DNA from: Azolla caroliniana
Lineage: Eukaryota; Plantae; Polypodiophyta
Assembly: GCA_043228905.1 (NCBI GenBank)
Contig: JBHGNT010000002.1
Location: 19,902,001-19,966,000, forward strand
Reading direction: 5' to 3'
Length of the DNA stretch: 64,000 nucleotides
The notes beneath the pieces are model-generated. The model was not told the origin of the DNA. It worked only from the letters and a program-made list of their open reading frames with translations, and did not search any database. A program made the position numbers and the translations under genes. This document shows positions 33,441-47,051 of the stretch, one piece after another. The first letter of the stretch is position 1. Each line of letters begins with the position of its first letter.

Positions 33441-36205
33441 TTTTTCCTAGAAAATATCATTTCATTAGTTAACAGTTATTACAAGAATGTTGACCTACCG
33501 TAAGCTACCCTTGGCATGTTGCCCTCTTCCTTGGGTCCCCATCCTTAAAGGATAAATAGTATCGACATTGCACCACTCCATAACCTGATTATGTGATTGG
33601 TGGTGGGAACAACCATATTGGTGGTGCGAAGCACTACATGGGTCTTGCATTTTGTAGTGTGAGAAAAGGGGCCTTCTTCCAATAGGCGATAAATTCGAGG
33701 CATTGCAACACTACAACATCTATCTCACCTTTAATTTCATCATACCACCCTTTCAAGGTATGCACCATTTGCATCTAGACATTCCGTACACTTTCCATTA
33801 GATGAACAGTAGTATTATCAAACACCTTAGAACATCTAGCAGTCCAAAAAAACCACATTGTGGTGGAGCATAGTAGCTCCCATACCTCTTGCATTGCCTT
33901 TAACATATAAGGAGCTTCCATATGACTTCACTGCACCACCGTTATCCTTCCTCTTTGAATTCTAATAATCATATCATTTGGACATGCCTCATATGACCAC
34001 ATCATTTGTGCCACCGTAGTCCATACTACCATACCCCACAAAAAACTGGCATCCCTAAACATAAATGTTAGAATTCGGAACACTCGTCTCCAAACTTGTT
34101 GTGCAACATGACATTGCCACAAGCAATGTTTCAATGTCTCCATCTGGCAACTACAATAGATGCATCTAGTCGGTCTAACTGATTGTTGCAGCCACTGGCC
34201 GACCAATAATGCTCTATGTATTACTAGCCATTGGAAGACATTTATTTTCATATCTTGTTTCCTTTCCCATAATGTCCTCCAAAACTTTGCTAAGAATTCG
34301 GGAGTGACCCCTTAATGGGTCCAAAATTGACTATCCCCTAGTGTAGTCCTGTGTTGAGCTGCCAAAATGTGTCGTCCAATCTTAATTGAGTTATGAAAAA
34401 AACCACACCTTTTTCGCTGTCAAATGGATCTTTCCACCAAAATCCCCCCTGACCCATTGCAACCTTATCATTGGTTTCTTTTCAAAAACTCTCAATTTCC
34501 AATGCTCCTTAACTACATCAACTTATGGGTCGATGATCCACTTAGATCCATCATAAGCAAGGCCCCTTATTTTAGAGAATGTAGCATATTGCAAGATCTT
34601 TGGGTCTGTCATTGATCTACATATAACACCATCTTCCTCCACATCATAGTCTTGTAATCGTCTGCAAGACAAATGTCCCCTTACCCCCACCACCACTTTA
34701 AGTTTTGTAAATGCCCCTTCCCAGTTGGGAGGATTAAATGACCATACCATAGAGACTGAGTGCCCCAAAACCAACTGCACCTGGGTCCTGGTCCCACATA
34801 ATCCATCCCCCTCTCAAGGAAGAAAAAAATTCCGACCTTTCATTTATATGCAAAGTATGAAAGGATTTCCATGCATCAACCGACACTCCTGGCCCTGCAC
34901 CAAGCTTGGCCCAATTCTCCAATCTCGTACGGAACCCCAACATGTGCCCTGACGGCAAACACATATTCGGATTCCACACTAAGTGTTGTCTTAAGTATTC
35001 CTCCTCACATGTTTGTACACCATGTCCCAACCCTTTATGTACATGCTCCCATGCTCTTAGAAGACTATTAAAAAATTTGTCTTCCCAATTCCTAGTCATA
35101 ACACATTTCTTGTCTGGTATAAAGATCCATCTTATGCCATCACTCCATAATCCACCCATCGATGGAGCATAGCGATATGTACAATATTTGCATAAGCAAT
35201 TGCTTCCAAGGTGCATGTCCTGGTAAAAGGCCACGAACTATTAGCTTTGCTAACAAGGCCATGCATTGATCTAGTGCATCAATAATCCCCACACCACCAT
35301 GTTGCTTCGGGGTTTTCAACGTACACCATGACACCTTCGCTCTTACATGATCCCTATTCTCCCCCGCCCATATAAAATTCCAAACCAGCCTTCGAATTTG
35401 TCCAATGCACGATTTTGAAAAGATCCAAGAGGAAGCTATATACCACAATGTAGACAGTAGCACATGATTGGCAACTATCAATCTCCCGGCCAAAGATAGT
35501 TTAGCCTGGCTCCACAAGAATAACTTTTTCCTCAAAGTTAATAATAACAATGCAACATGTAATTCTGGAACCAAATCAATCCCAACCTACACTCCAAGAT
35601 ATCTAACCACAAGTCCTCTTTGAGTCCATTGGAAAGTAGGATGCAGTGCCTAGCGAGGTGGTGGTTCCTTGCTCAAGCAAAATGCAATAGTTTTCTCCCA
35701 ATTTAGCTTAGCTCCAGACGCTATACAAAACTATAACAAAGCTCCTTCTACTTGTTGCAAATTCGTATAATACAATATCTTCTGCAATTTCTGAGTGCAA
35801 TATATCTTGTCCATGTATTGGCATCCCCAAACCACACAAGCCCATAGATTGTGTTGATAGAAATACATGCATTGCTTTCGCAAACAAAAGAAACAAAAAT
35901 GGTGCAAGCAGACATCCCTGACGAACGGACCGAGTAATGTTAAACTGAGGTCCTCCTCTTGCCAACAACACCTTACTATGTGCATTTCTATAAAGACAAG
36001 AAACACCCTTAATCCATGCCGTGTTTGAAGCCCAAGTGGTACATAGTACCTTCCAAAACATTCTAGTCAACCCTATCATACGCATTCTCAAAATCCAACA
36101 GCAACATGACTAGTTTTTGTTTGTTTTTCACAACTATTGCATGTGGCCTCCCAAAACGTGAAAACATTATCCATAAGACTCCTTCTCCCGCATAAATCCA
36201 GGTGA
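33441..36205 (-). mobile_element. 5'-truncated L1-like LINE with a 15-bp TSD
   Basis: TSD TAACAAAGGATACTT at 33426-33440 and 36206-36220; short poly(A). Motifs DFENAYDRV, RSVRQGCLLAPFLF, SLAGRLIVANHVL and the zf-RVT CIYC...ETLKHCLWQC. Confidence 0.92.
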
Positions 36206-36380
36206 TAACAAAGGATACTTATACTGCAATGCACATATAATAATATGATACACATTGCGTAGCCGAGCAAGTTTCTCCCTTCGCTTCCCATCGGAGTGTG
36301 CAGTGGCCGAGAAGACGTCGAAGGTCTCGAGCCTTTACAAGTGGCGGGTCTCATAAGGCCACACCAAGTAAATCGCCACC

Positions 36381-36490
36381 GTATGTATGCATGCATGGAT
36401 GTATGTATTGTATGTATGTATGTATTGTATGTATGTATGTAACTTGTAACTAAGTATGTATGTATGTATGTATGTATGTACATATTGTAT
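36381..36490. repeat. (TATG)n microsatellite
   Basis: Read directly from the sequence. Confidence 0.9.
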
Positions 36491-36556
36491 GTGTAGTGTA
36501 GTGTGTGTGGATATGTATGTGAGCAGGTGCTGTCTGAAATTAGGTCAAAAGGATCG

Positions 36557-39500
36557 ATGCAGCAGATATCGCCATCGCCATCGCCATCTCCATCTCCATC
36601 TCCTCCTCCCCTGCTCCTGCACCTGCACCATCACCTGCACCATCACCATGGCTCAGGAAGAAATGCTTCTTGTCATCTCCACCGTAGGAGACCCTGCACA
36701 GCCCTTGTCGTCGCCGCCGCCGCCGCAACTCCTACTTCCTCCTCCATCTCTTCCTTACTAGTACTCGACCCTCGACCTTCCCCTCCCCTGTTCCTTCTCT
36801 CCCCCTGTAAATTCTCTAAACGCAGGTTCCCTTCGCTCCTTCCATCTAGGTGTAGCCGCCGTGACCTCGATATCCTCTCTATCAAAGGTATTTCCTCTTC
36901 CTCTCTGCCGCTTCTTTTGTATTCTTTGAGCTTTATTCTGGACGTAAAAAGCTACCACTTCTTATGTTTGTCCATTATCCATTCTGTTTTCTGTGCCAAT
37001 ATACCAGTTTTCAGCTTCGCTCCTCTGTTATCCGTGTTGTTTTCTGCTTAAAAGATACCACTCCTTTTTTTTTATCGCTGTTTTCGTGTTATACATGCTA
37101 GTTCCTGATCAAGACCACCACTTCTCTCTCTATTTTAGTATCCTCCATATTGTGGTATGCTTAACTTTACCACTTTTACGTCTATCTCTGTATTATCCAT
37201 GTTTTTATTTGCTTAAGATTACTATGATGGTATTATGAATGGATTATTAAATAATGTCATGAAAGATGAACAAAAAACACACATCCCAATGACAATGATA
37301 CTACTAATACCAGACATGCATGGATCCCATCAATCCAGGGGGGATTCAGTTGCTAGTATTTCTCTCAGCTATCTGAGCTTTGACTCCTTATCTTAGTAAT
37401 AAGCCAATTTGGCTTAGATTCAGCAAATTACGGCCCCTTTTTTTCCAGCTGCTCGCAAATTCCGTTTTTATGATTTTAAAGCTTCAAAACTGATTAAAAA
37501 TAGTGTGCCATGATGTTTTTGTAACTTTGATTAAAGATATATAACCTATGGAGATGGGAATACTTTCTAACTCACGAATTACTTGATTGAAGCTTTCTAA
37601 ATATGGATAAATGTTTGAAGGGATGCAATCAAATTGAAGTTATAACGCTTTCTTGGTGTTGACTAAATATACATGATATGTCAGCATTCAAAATGCTGTA
37701 CATGCTTGCTATGTAAAAGTGCCTTCAATGCAATGAGGCTACACATGCTTTAATTCTGAAGTTATTGTTTTCTACAATCACATCCGCATGTCAATGTGGC
37801 TTCAATGGGCGCTCTAAATGACCGTGGAAAGGAAGGCTCTTTGCTCCAGTTTAAGTAAGACCAATATTTTTCTTTGAACTTAATATGTTATATTGAGACT
37901 ACTTTACTGCATCAAGGGTGAGACTGGTCTGAACAAACTTGAGGGATAGTGAGACGCAATATTAATCACTAACAACTGTTGAGCCCACAAATGAAGGGAG
38001 TGTTAAATAGATACACTGTTTAATCACAAAGCCTAGAGTTCATGTAGGCATTTGTTTATGATTATTCCACAAAATTAGAAATTACAATGCTTATATCCTT
38101 GACCAGCTCAATATGACTTTTGCAAAGCATTAACCTGTGCAAAAACTTCCTTGAATTTTCAGTTAGCCACTTAAAGAAGCTTTTCATTTTGCACTTGAAT
38201 CCACATGAATGAGCACAGGGTAAACAATTCTAAACTTGCCGGTGAAATCATAACTTTAAAAATTGTGGGTAGAAACTCAGAATTTTGAATGAAAAGATTC
38301 CTAGCATAATTATGTGTTCTTAAAAAACTGCGAGGAAAAACAAACTAATTGAGTTTTCAATTCGTTTTACTTTTGACCATGCATTGGAGCTATTAGCTAG
38401 CCTTGTGAAACTGTACCCAAGCGTGTCTTCAATAAATGTGCAATGTACACAGGAAAGTTCTTGATAAGATGTTGAAGGAGGGAAGGTAAGACATCGATTG
38501 TACGGAAAAACCATGGCTTTATACCCACTGAGAAACATAAAGTATATATCACCATGCAGTTAATCTATTGCCAAAAAACCCAGATGAGTTTTGAATGACC
38601 CTTATCTCCCTTAATCGATTATAAGTGGCATTTGGTTTATGTGTTGAACAATCAAGTAATCACCTTCGTGGGTTTCAATTATGAAATCTATCTCAGATGA
38701 GGAGAAAAAGAAATATATTTGTGATCTCCAGGTTGTGAGCATCAGGGACCTACTAAATACTATAATAGGGTTGCACTTTCTACACGTTGATTATGTAGAT
38801 TTTCATTGTCTTTCAAACTTCACTGCTGGTTTTACAACCCAAGAAGAGTGTAGTGCACTGAGGTATAGTGTATCGAGTTCCAACCACCCTGCAATCTTGA
38901 TTGTAGATTAAATGTCAGACATCATATGCAAAATGCGTTTATTCTGAGATGAAATTTTATTATGAAACTAATGGCAATACCAAGCATTTCAAGATAGGGA
39001 GAAAGACACAGAATGGAGGGGGTCCTTTCAGTGCATCTATTACAATTGTGATTGTTGATTGTGTTTTAACTCACCAAATCTTTTACTAGCTATTAAATAT
39101 TTTGGTCCCTTCCTAGGTACAGTTTTCCCCTAAATGAAACCTTATTAAATTGTTGTGCAGCAGGGAGATGCCTCTGCCCTTCTCACTGTTGCTTGCATTG
39201 AAGATAATGAAATAATCTAGATTAAATTGAAATTACTATGTAAAGACTGTACACCAAAATACTTTCGTGCTGCATGTCAAGTGTATTATTATATGCCATT
39301 GCATTCCAACTCATGATATATATGTGAAAAGTATATGCAAAAAGTATATCATATATAAATTTTCAGTTTATTCAATTCTGTTGTTCGGTACTACAAGTTG
39401 TGTAGCATGATAAACAGATGATAATACAATGATGCAAACTGTTGTTTTTCTTCCTCTTTCAATTAAAATAACCGGAAAGATGGTTAAGAAAGGCGTGCGG

Positions 39501-40787
39501 AAGGGCAGCCTGTCTGGCTTGCTCATGTGCTTGCATGGATTTTTATGAAGTTTGGATATTTCTTTGCTTCTGAGCAAACTGTTATATCAGCTATTTACTA
39601 TCAAATTATAATACAAAATTTCAAATATTTTAACAGAGCTCCCAGATGGATCTTTGCATTTCTCCTTTGGGATTCCAAATGAAACGAACGGTCTTGCTTT
39701 CACAAATAAGGTGGTATCTCCATGCAGGCCACCTTGTCAATTTGTTCGTAAGTCACCAATTCCCATCATGGCAACAACGCAAAGGAAAAAGCAAGATGTG
39801 ATCTCTATAAAAGATGGTGCTCTAAGTTCTATTCCAGGATCTATGGTGTTATTGAGGCCGAAGTCATGTTTTGTCAAAATATCACCTATCCCCAAGCCAA
39901 CCATTATCAAGAGGCAGATCTTGTCTCTTGATCAGAAAATCACTAATGATGAGGAGAGTGTTGTGTTAGGTACACTAAATGGAGATAAAACAAAGAGATG
40001 GCCATCGAGATTCATTAAAAGATCTCCGATTCCATTGTTTCATGGGAGACCTACCAAACCGGAGGAGAATATTGCTGATTCTTTGGTGGAATTATTTGGA
40101 AATGGAGATAAACCAATGAGATGGCCATCAAGGTTTGTTAAGAGTTCCCCGATTCCACCTGTTCGTGAAAGGTCTCACAAAGTAGAGGTGCAGGCTGCTG
40201 ATTCTACCGGAGTACTTGTAAATGTTGATAAACCAAGTAGGTGGCCATCAAAATTCGCTAAGAAATCACCAATTCCATCCCTTCATGGAAGCACTAGCAA
40301 TCTAGAAGAGAAGGCTGTCAATTCTACAATTGATGTACGTAGAAAGACCACTGCTTTTCAGTCTTCCAGACCAAAGTCAAAATTTGCACGCAGATCACCT
40401 ATTGTGAAGATGCCTCACCATAATGCCCATGCTGTTTCAAAGATGGAAATATTAGGAGATATTAATTCTGTTCAGTCTTCCAGACCTAAATCAGTGTTCA
40501 TAAAGAAATCACCCATTGTAAAGGTGCATCATCATGCGCCTCCAGAGGCTGATGTTGAAGACGAATCACACACAAAACTATCAAAAGGGAAAACTCCTGA
40601 TGACGCATATGCTAATAAAGTCAGTGGAGTTTCTAAACAGTCGTCTGATTGCCTAGATGATAACGTTGTTGATCTAGATAAGTGCAAACTTCCTGAACTG
40701 AAGAGTTTGGCTAAAACAAGAGGTCTGAAAGGGTATTCAAAACTTAAAAAAGCAGAACTTTTGGCCCTTTTAAAAGGTCAGCTATAA
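36557..40787 (+). CDS. Rho termination factor N-terminal domain (RHON1-like) protein, probably plastid-targeted. Exons 36557-36887 and 39637-40787
   Basis: Splicing gives ...DILSIK/ELPDGSLHFSFG. C-terminal Rho_N is DLDKCKLPELKSLAKTRGLKGYSKLKKAELLALL. Exon 1 resembles a transit peptide. The start codon and possible extra small exons are uncertain. Confidence 0.8.
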
Positions 40788-40902
40788 CAATAAATTCTGT
40801 AGTGAGTATATATTTCATGGAGGAATTCAATAATGAACACATCACTGGGATCAGATCTTCTTATGCAAAACAACTGGAAAGTGTATGATCTTCATTCATG
40901 CT

Positions 40903-41245
40903 CTATGAGCATTCAAAATCCTTCAATAAGGGTATTTTTCGTTGAGTTTGCATCCTTGAGCTGTTCAATTTTTGCACAAAATGTGCCTTCACTACCAGAG
41001 TCACTGCTGTTGTTTTTTATGAAAGCTACCTATGAGCATTCAAAATCTGTCAATAAGGTTATTTTTGTTGAGTTTACATCCTTGAGCTGGTGAATTTCTG
41101 CACAAAAATGTGCCTTTGATCCAGAGTTACCGGTGTTGTTTTTTATGAAGACTACCTATGAGCATTCAGAATCTTTCAACAAGGTTAGTTTTTGTTGTGT
41201 TTGTAAGATTGAGTTGTCAAACGTTATGTGCCTTTACAGAGTTAA
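40903..41245 (+). repeat. About 127-bp tandem repeat x2.7 in the 3' UTR region
   Basis: ctatgagcattca occurs at 40903, 41030 and 41156. Confidence 0.85.
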
Positions 41246-41780
41246 TTTTATTAATTGAATATGTCTGAATGTTTGATTGTCTTCTTTAATGCTCCAAATA
41301 TTCTTTCGTGCCTGAATATCTGTCAAAACACCTCATAGGAGATCACTCAAGTCATGGTCATGTAATCAGAATGACACTTTTAAACATTACAAAAAGTAAT
41401 CTCATAGTTAAAATTATGTTGTTTATTTACTTGATGAGCACGTAACTTCATCATTGTAAGAGTTATGTGATGATAATTGTATGTCAGCCTGAAGCATATT
41501 TTAGTACATAGTTTTTATTTGAAAATTCCCAATTAGCTGTATTTGCCTTTCAAGTTTCCTAAACCTCTAAAATTTTTCCCTAATCACGTTTTCTGCAATT
41601 TGAAGTTGTATGACACAAAATCCATTATACAATTCTCGTTGTTGCTTTACAACAATATCCTTGGAGCGAATTAGAGAAAAATATCGACATTGTTCATAGT
41701 CAATTTTCTCATCTTTGTTTGAGTTCAAACCATCTTCCGTGATGAGTTACTCGTAGCTGATTTGGGTGATACTATTTGAG

Positions 41781-42790
41781 AAGTCTTAGAAACAAATACT
41801 TAATTCGTTTGTCATATAATATTCTAAGAGATAGTCCAATTTAAGGCTTGGATACATCAATTGAGTCATACATTGCCACAAGCCAGATGGAATGCAGGAA
41901 AGGGGTTTTATTCAACTTTATCAATACGATAGTATCCTTAGGGATTTAAATTCTGCATAAGCAATGCACATATTTTGTGATAAGCAATTTAAGCCTTAGA
42001 AACAAATACTTAATTCCTTTCTCATATAATATTCTAAGAGATAGTTCAATTTAAGGCTTGGATACATCGACTGAGTCATACGTTGCCACAAGCCAAATGG
42101 AATGCAGAAAAGGGGTTTTATTCAACTTTATCAATACGAAAGTATGCTTAGGAATTTAAATTCTGCAAAAGCAATGCACATATTTTGTGATAAGCAATTT
42201 AAGTCTAAGAAATAAATACTTAATTCCATTCTCATATAATATTCTAAGAGGTAGTCCAATTAAAGGCTTGGATACATTGATTGAGTTATATGTTGCCACA
42301 AGCTAGATGGAATGCAGAAAAGGGGTTCTATTCAACTTTATCACTGCCATAGTATGCTTAGGGATTTAAATTCCGCATAAGCAATGCACATATTTTGTGA
42401 TAAGCAATTTAAGACTTCTTCTCTTGAGTCATACATAGGTCAAATGAGATAGTATGCAGAAAAGGAATTTTATTCCACTTTAGCATTAGTGCCTTACGGC
42501 CAACAAGGAGTGCGGGTCAGTACACCGCTCGAATACGGAGCATGTCCACTCTCGATAGCAATGCCACCCCCCCCACCCCCCCAACAAGTGGTTGGCGGTC
42601 ACCCGCAAGTGGGTGGTATACCGACTGCAGACGTCACACCTAGGTCTGTAGTGTGCTCAACGGTGCCACACGAGTTCAAGTGGTTAGCCCCTAACGCCGT
42701 GGGTCCGGCTGCAACGCTTAGGTGCGAAAGCCTTAGTGGTTTTAGATTTTGCATAAGCAATGTACGTACATTGTGATACTGATAAGCATA
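41781..42790 (+). repeat. 210-bp tandem repeat x3 plus a degenerate fourth unit containing an insertion
   Basis: Units start at 41781, 41991, 42201 and 42411. Confidence 0.9.
42504..42746 (-). mobile_element. Putative non-autonomous Helitron-like element with a CTTG end
   Basis: Minus strand reads A|TCTAAAACC...GCGG-loop-CCGC-ACTCCTTG|T. The terminal 65 bp or so is shared with 50582-50645. Confidence 0.5.
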
Positions 42791-43794
42791 CATACTCAGG
42801 CATTTTTTTAAGGAACATTTTTATTACATGTCATGTGACAATGCTTCATATTGGAAGCATGATTAAATAATTGTACCTTATTATCTATATTCATAAGCAA
42901 GTACTAAAATTAACTATTCAAACAAAGAATATATGGCAATTGGTAAGTAGCATCATTGTTTGGTATACATATTTGGAAGGCTAGTTTTTTAAAGGTATTC
43001 CAAAATGTGATTTAAAGACCTGCCCAGATATTTAATGGGATTTGGACAGATTGTGCAAAATCTTGAAGGTTTTTTGGATAGCATAAAAGGTACTACGCAG
43101 TAGGAAGAGTTACGAAGATTGGAGTTTCATGCAATATGGGACAAGGGAATATTTATAGGCAGGTTTCTAACAAGGTGGAGTGATGTTACTCTACACCAAA
43201 GTATTTATTGAAACTGACAATTAGAATTTAACGTGTGGATAATCACCTATATGTACATATTTGATGTACAACCTTCTACCATTTCTTAATACTAATGGAA
43301 TCTTGTTTTGGACAAAAAAAAACAATGTCATAACGCCAATGATACTTTGAATTTGATACAAGCATAGTAGAAGTTTTGTCATTTCCTAATTAGATGGTAT
43401 AGCTATTATTTCTCACTAAACTTTTCATGATTCATTAAGAATATATAAAAAAATTACACTAAGCATGGCTTGGGAGATTGATTTTAAGTATCAACTGCTC
43501 AATTTAGCATATAGATAAAATGGTAATGTGAACTTAGTAGAACCGAAGGCCTCCATAATGGAGTATACTATAAACAAAACCACCAACAATGTGATCGCTT
43601 GGCTTGTTTCATTGCATAATCTATTTGTATGCCCCACATTAGATCATCCATATTATACTTCTAGAGCTTGAATGTGGCACATACTTCAAGACTAAATAGA
43701 TCGATTAGATAGGCATATAGAGCAACAACCGCAGATATATGAAAACAAACTTTCAATTACATATGAGATTAGCTCGCAATGGTAGTCCACCCAT

Positions 43795-44617
43795 TGCGCT
43801 CACACCTTAGACCTTAGATGGGATCTTGAGCAACCAACTACAAAATTAGCGGGGGACAAATAATGATCACAACCATTTTGCAAGATAGAGAGCGTGGATT
43901 ATATTCTTTGTTTCGCCTCAATGTCATATTAAATGTGCAAGTCTGTTGTTAGTACTGGAGATATTGCTTTTCTGTCAACAAACTTGTCATTTAATATGAG
44001 CCAACTCTCTAGATACAAGCTAGTGCTAGATAGTACACATTTCAAAGTCAATGGCACATACTTCAAGACTAAATACATTGCAACTTGCCCATAGAATATT
44101 TTGCTAATCAACTTGACTATTCAATCCTATTGCCCTACTTTGCTCTTTCCTAAATACATTCTATCCTACTCATCTACAGTTTCCTACATTGACACCTTAT
44201 TGAACCATATGGTTGGGTTGCACAATAGCGCTACTCATTTGGGGTGATATCACTAAATGTGCACTCTAGAGTACATGTGGGGATAAATTGACAAATTGGG
44301 GTTGATCATTAATTATATCTAGGGAAAAGTACCAAGATACCCCTGGAAGTTCATCTATTTACCAAAATGCCCCTGAAAGTTCCAAATTTACCAAATTACC
44401 CCTATGTCCAAAAAATTACACTTTATAAAGTAATTATACACTCAAATCTTTAGTAAATAGGGCTAGTTCAGGTCCATTTCTTCCATCTTTGGTAAATAGG
44501 GCTTGTAGATTTGAGTGTATAATTACTTTATAAAGTGTAATTTTTTGGACATAGGGGGTAGTTTGGTAAATTTGGAACTTCCAGGGGTATCCTAGTACTT
44601 TTCCCTTATATCTAACA
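43795..44617 (-). mobile_element. LTR-like repeat homologous to 600-1124, carrying a MITE
   Basis: Extensive homology by eye; left end approximate. Confidence 0.7.
44322..44605. mobile_element. Mutator-like MITE (284 bp)
   Basis: About 100-bp TIRs starting GGGAAAAGTAC; 9-bp TSD TTATATCTA at 44313-44321 and 44606-44614. Confidence 0.93.
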
Positions 44618-45490
44618 AAAACCACCAATTTGATAATTGTTAATGACCATCATATCCAATCGATTGCATTGACACCATGTTGTATATGCGTCTCTGGTAA
44701 TGATTTCCAATTACCTAGGTATATCCATGGTTCAAATATCTTATTAATGAAGTTCCTCAAAACATTCATTGCTAGCGACTACCAAGTGGGGATTTTACGT
44801 GATTCATGATGTTTTAAGGCAAAAAAAGTTCCCACATCCCAACTATACTTGATAGGTTCAATAATGTTCATTCAAGATTGGAGAGGTAAGGGAGGATTTC
44901 CCTGCTACATCAAATGGAGATTCCTATGGGGTATGGTGCTCAGTAACAAGATTAAGTATTAGCAATGTTTACATTTACCAGATCTATACACTCAACAAGT
45001 TCATAGCAATGTACCAACACTGCTCTTCATCACGTAATGGTTTGGTGAGCTTTTAATTGCAATAACACCATTCATAGAGTGCAGAACGGATGATTCATGT
45101 GAACAGAACGCTCTTCAATCCCATTATTTGCAACTATAATATTATCAAATTGCATTTCAGCTTATGAGAAAGAACCTCAAATAAAACTGTCTTAATCTTC
45201 CCAACTTCCAAGCATATACCAGTAAACCTTAAGTTGAAAATAATGGAGTTTTTTACTCAAGCCTTGTTTTATATATATACATCAATTTGTTGGCAACAAC
45301 ATGATACAAGACCGGTTGAAAATTTTCATACCATTCACAACCCATTAAACATAGGTTAAATGACAGGTGCATCAAGTTAACAAAAGCATACCTTATCTTA
45401 AGCTTGCAATAGAAATACAACCTGATATTTTCCTTCCCAATATAAGTTGTTAAACATGGAAATTTATCCACACCTGCATGCGCCTACTTG

Positions 45491-47051
45491 TCAATCACTT
45501 AGGTCATCTTCATCTTTGATATTGACCCAATTTGTAAATGCAAACAGGAACTCCTTGAAAGTTATAAGCCCATTTTTATCCCAGTCCATCTCTTCTGCAG
45601 ACACATAAGTTAAGTGCAAATTTGGCCAATCATCTTGAAATTCAGTATAAATATCAAAAAGACCCAACCAAGGCCATCCATGATGTTTTCTCACCAAATC
45701 GTTTGAGGCCGATTTTGTTTGCATTCCGTGAACCTGGTGAAGCTTGACCAATAGCTTCTACAATTTCCTTTTTGCTCACAAAACCATCTCCATCTTTATC
45801 GAAGAATACAAATGCATCTGCTATTCTATCAAATGTCACTTCTAGCTGTGGCAAACCTAAGCGATGTTTCTGAACTTGCATTAAGTTGAACAATACTCTA
45901 GTGAACCAAATAAGGGCATAACAAAGGCACGGTTATACTAAAGGTCAAAACCAAGGGTCATTGTGGAATGAAGATTTTAGAAGCATAGATGGAATGGATA
46001 CATTGCTTTTGTCGAAAGAAAATTGAACAAGAGCCAATAATACAATAAACTCCTTGAAGTCAATGCCACTGCTAGCATCCATATCACTTTCAGCATAGAA
46101 GTCTCCAATTTCTTCATTCGTAAATGAGATATGGAGTTCTTTGAAACAATCCTTAACTTCATCGAGCTCAAGGGTGCCATTCCCATTTGTATCTGTAAAA
46201 TTGCAGAGCTATGTCAAAATCCTTATTATCTTCCAACCATTTAACATGTTATTTATGCTCAAAGAAATCTATGTTATTTATGAGAAGAGTGAACACGAGA
46301 CGTTAATGCATCTAAGGTATAGAAACTATGCTTCAAATAGGTAGGAAGTTCTGATTCTAGATTCTATTCACGGTAATGTGTTCAGATTCTTATACTCTGC
46401 TGCTTAATAGGATGCCACAATGTCATAATGAGCCCGATGTGGTAACTTTACCTTATAGGTTATCTGATAATATTTTCTGAAAGAATCTATGAACAAGCAT
46501 TATTTAGTCATGTTGATCTGGAGAGAAAACTATAACATGGTGAAGATTTCAGATCTAATAAACAAAGATACCAAGAACAATGTTCCAGCCATAGTAAAGG
46601 GAGGATTCTGACCAATTCAATAGAAAATCACTCCTTAGATATAATATCAATAAAGTGCATAAGACAGTCTTTCAAGTCACCATTTTCACATTTCTTTTGC
46701 CCTAACATAATATTGCAAAGGAAAGCATCATCGGTTAAGGTCATATGCACTTGGAGTTGCTAAACAAGAACTATCAAACATGCTGAGGGAGGATTTTTTT
46801 CTGTGTTAATTACGATGACTCCACACAAAAATGTAACAGATAGCAAGCTAAATATATGTACCAAATTTCCTAAAACTGTCTCTGACATCTTCAAAGGTTT
46901 TGTCTATTGTCGCAAACTTCATGATTATACTGTTGAAAGATTTTAAGGAGGTCTTTCCAGAAGCTCTTCTTTCTTTCATTGCATTTACCATTTTCTTCTC
47001 AAGCGTGGATAGTTCACGACTCTTTCCTTGCTTCCCTAAGACTGATCCCAT
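45491..47051 (-). CDS. Calmodulin-like EF-hand protein, CML21/22-like. Exons 47051-46862, 46192-46002, 45869-45695, 45594-45491
   Basis: SFNSIIMKF; four EF hands DTNGNGTLELDE, DMDASSGIDFKE, DKDGDGFVSKKE, DWDKNGLITFKEF; GT-AG introns in frame; MG- N-terminus. Confidence 0.92.

Noticed and set aside
36245-36380. Twister or HDV-like ribozyme (aaggtctcgagccttt...gtggcggg resembles twister P4/L4)
   Set aside because: The conserved UAA cleavage strand and matching P1/P2 are missing, and an HDV fold could not be completed. More likely promoter sequence; an Infernal search would settle it.
36648-36761. MAQEEMLL... as the start of the Rho-N gene
   Set aside because: This frame stops at 36761. The frame from ATG 36557 reaches the donor at 36887 and splices in frame to exon 2.
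42491-42525. 5S rRNA-derived SINE head (gccttacggcca...gcgggtcagtac)
   Set aside because: Only two short patches at the wrong spacing; no A/IE/C box arrangement.
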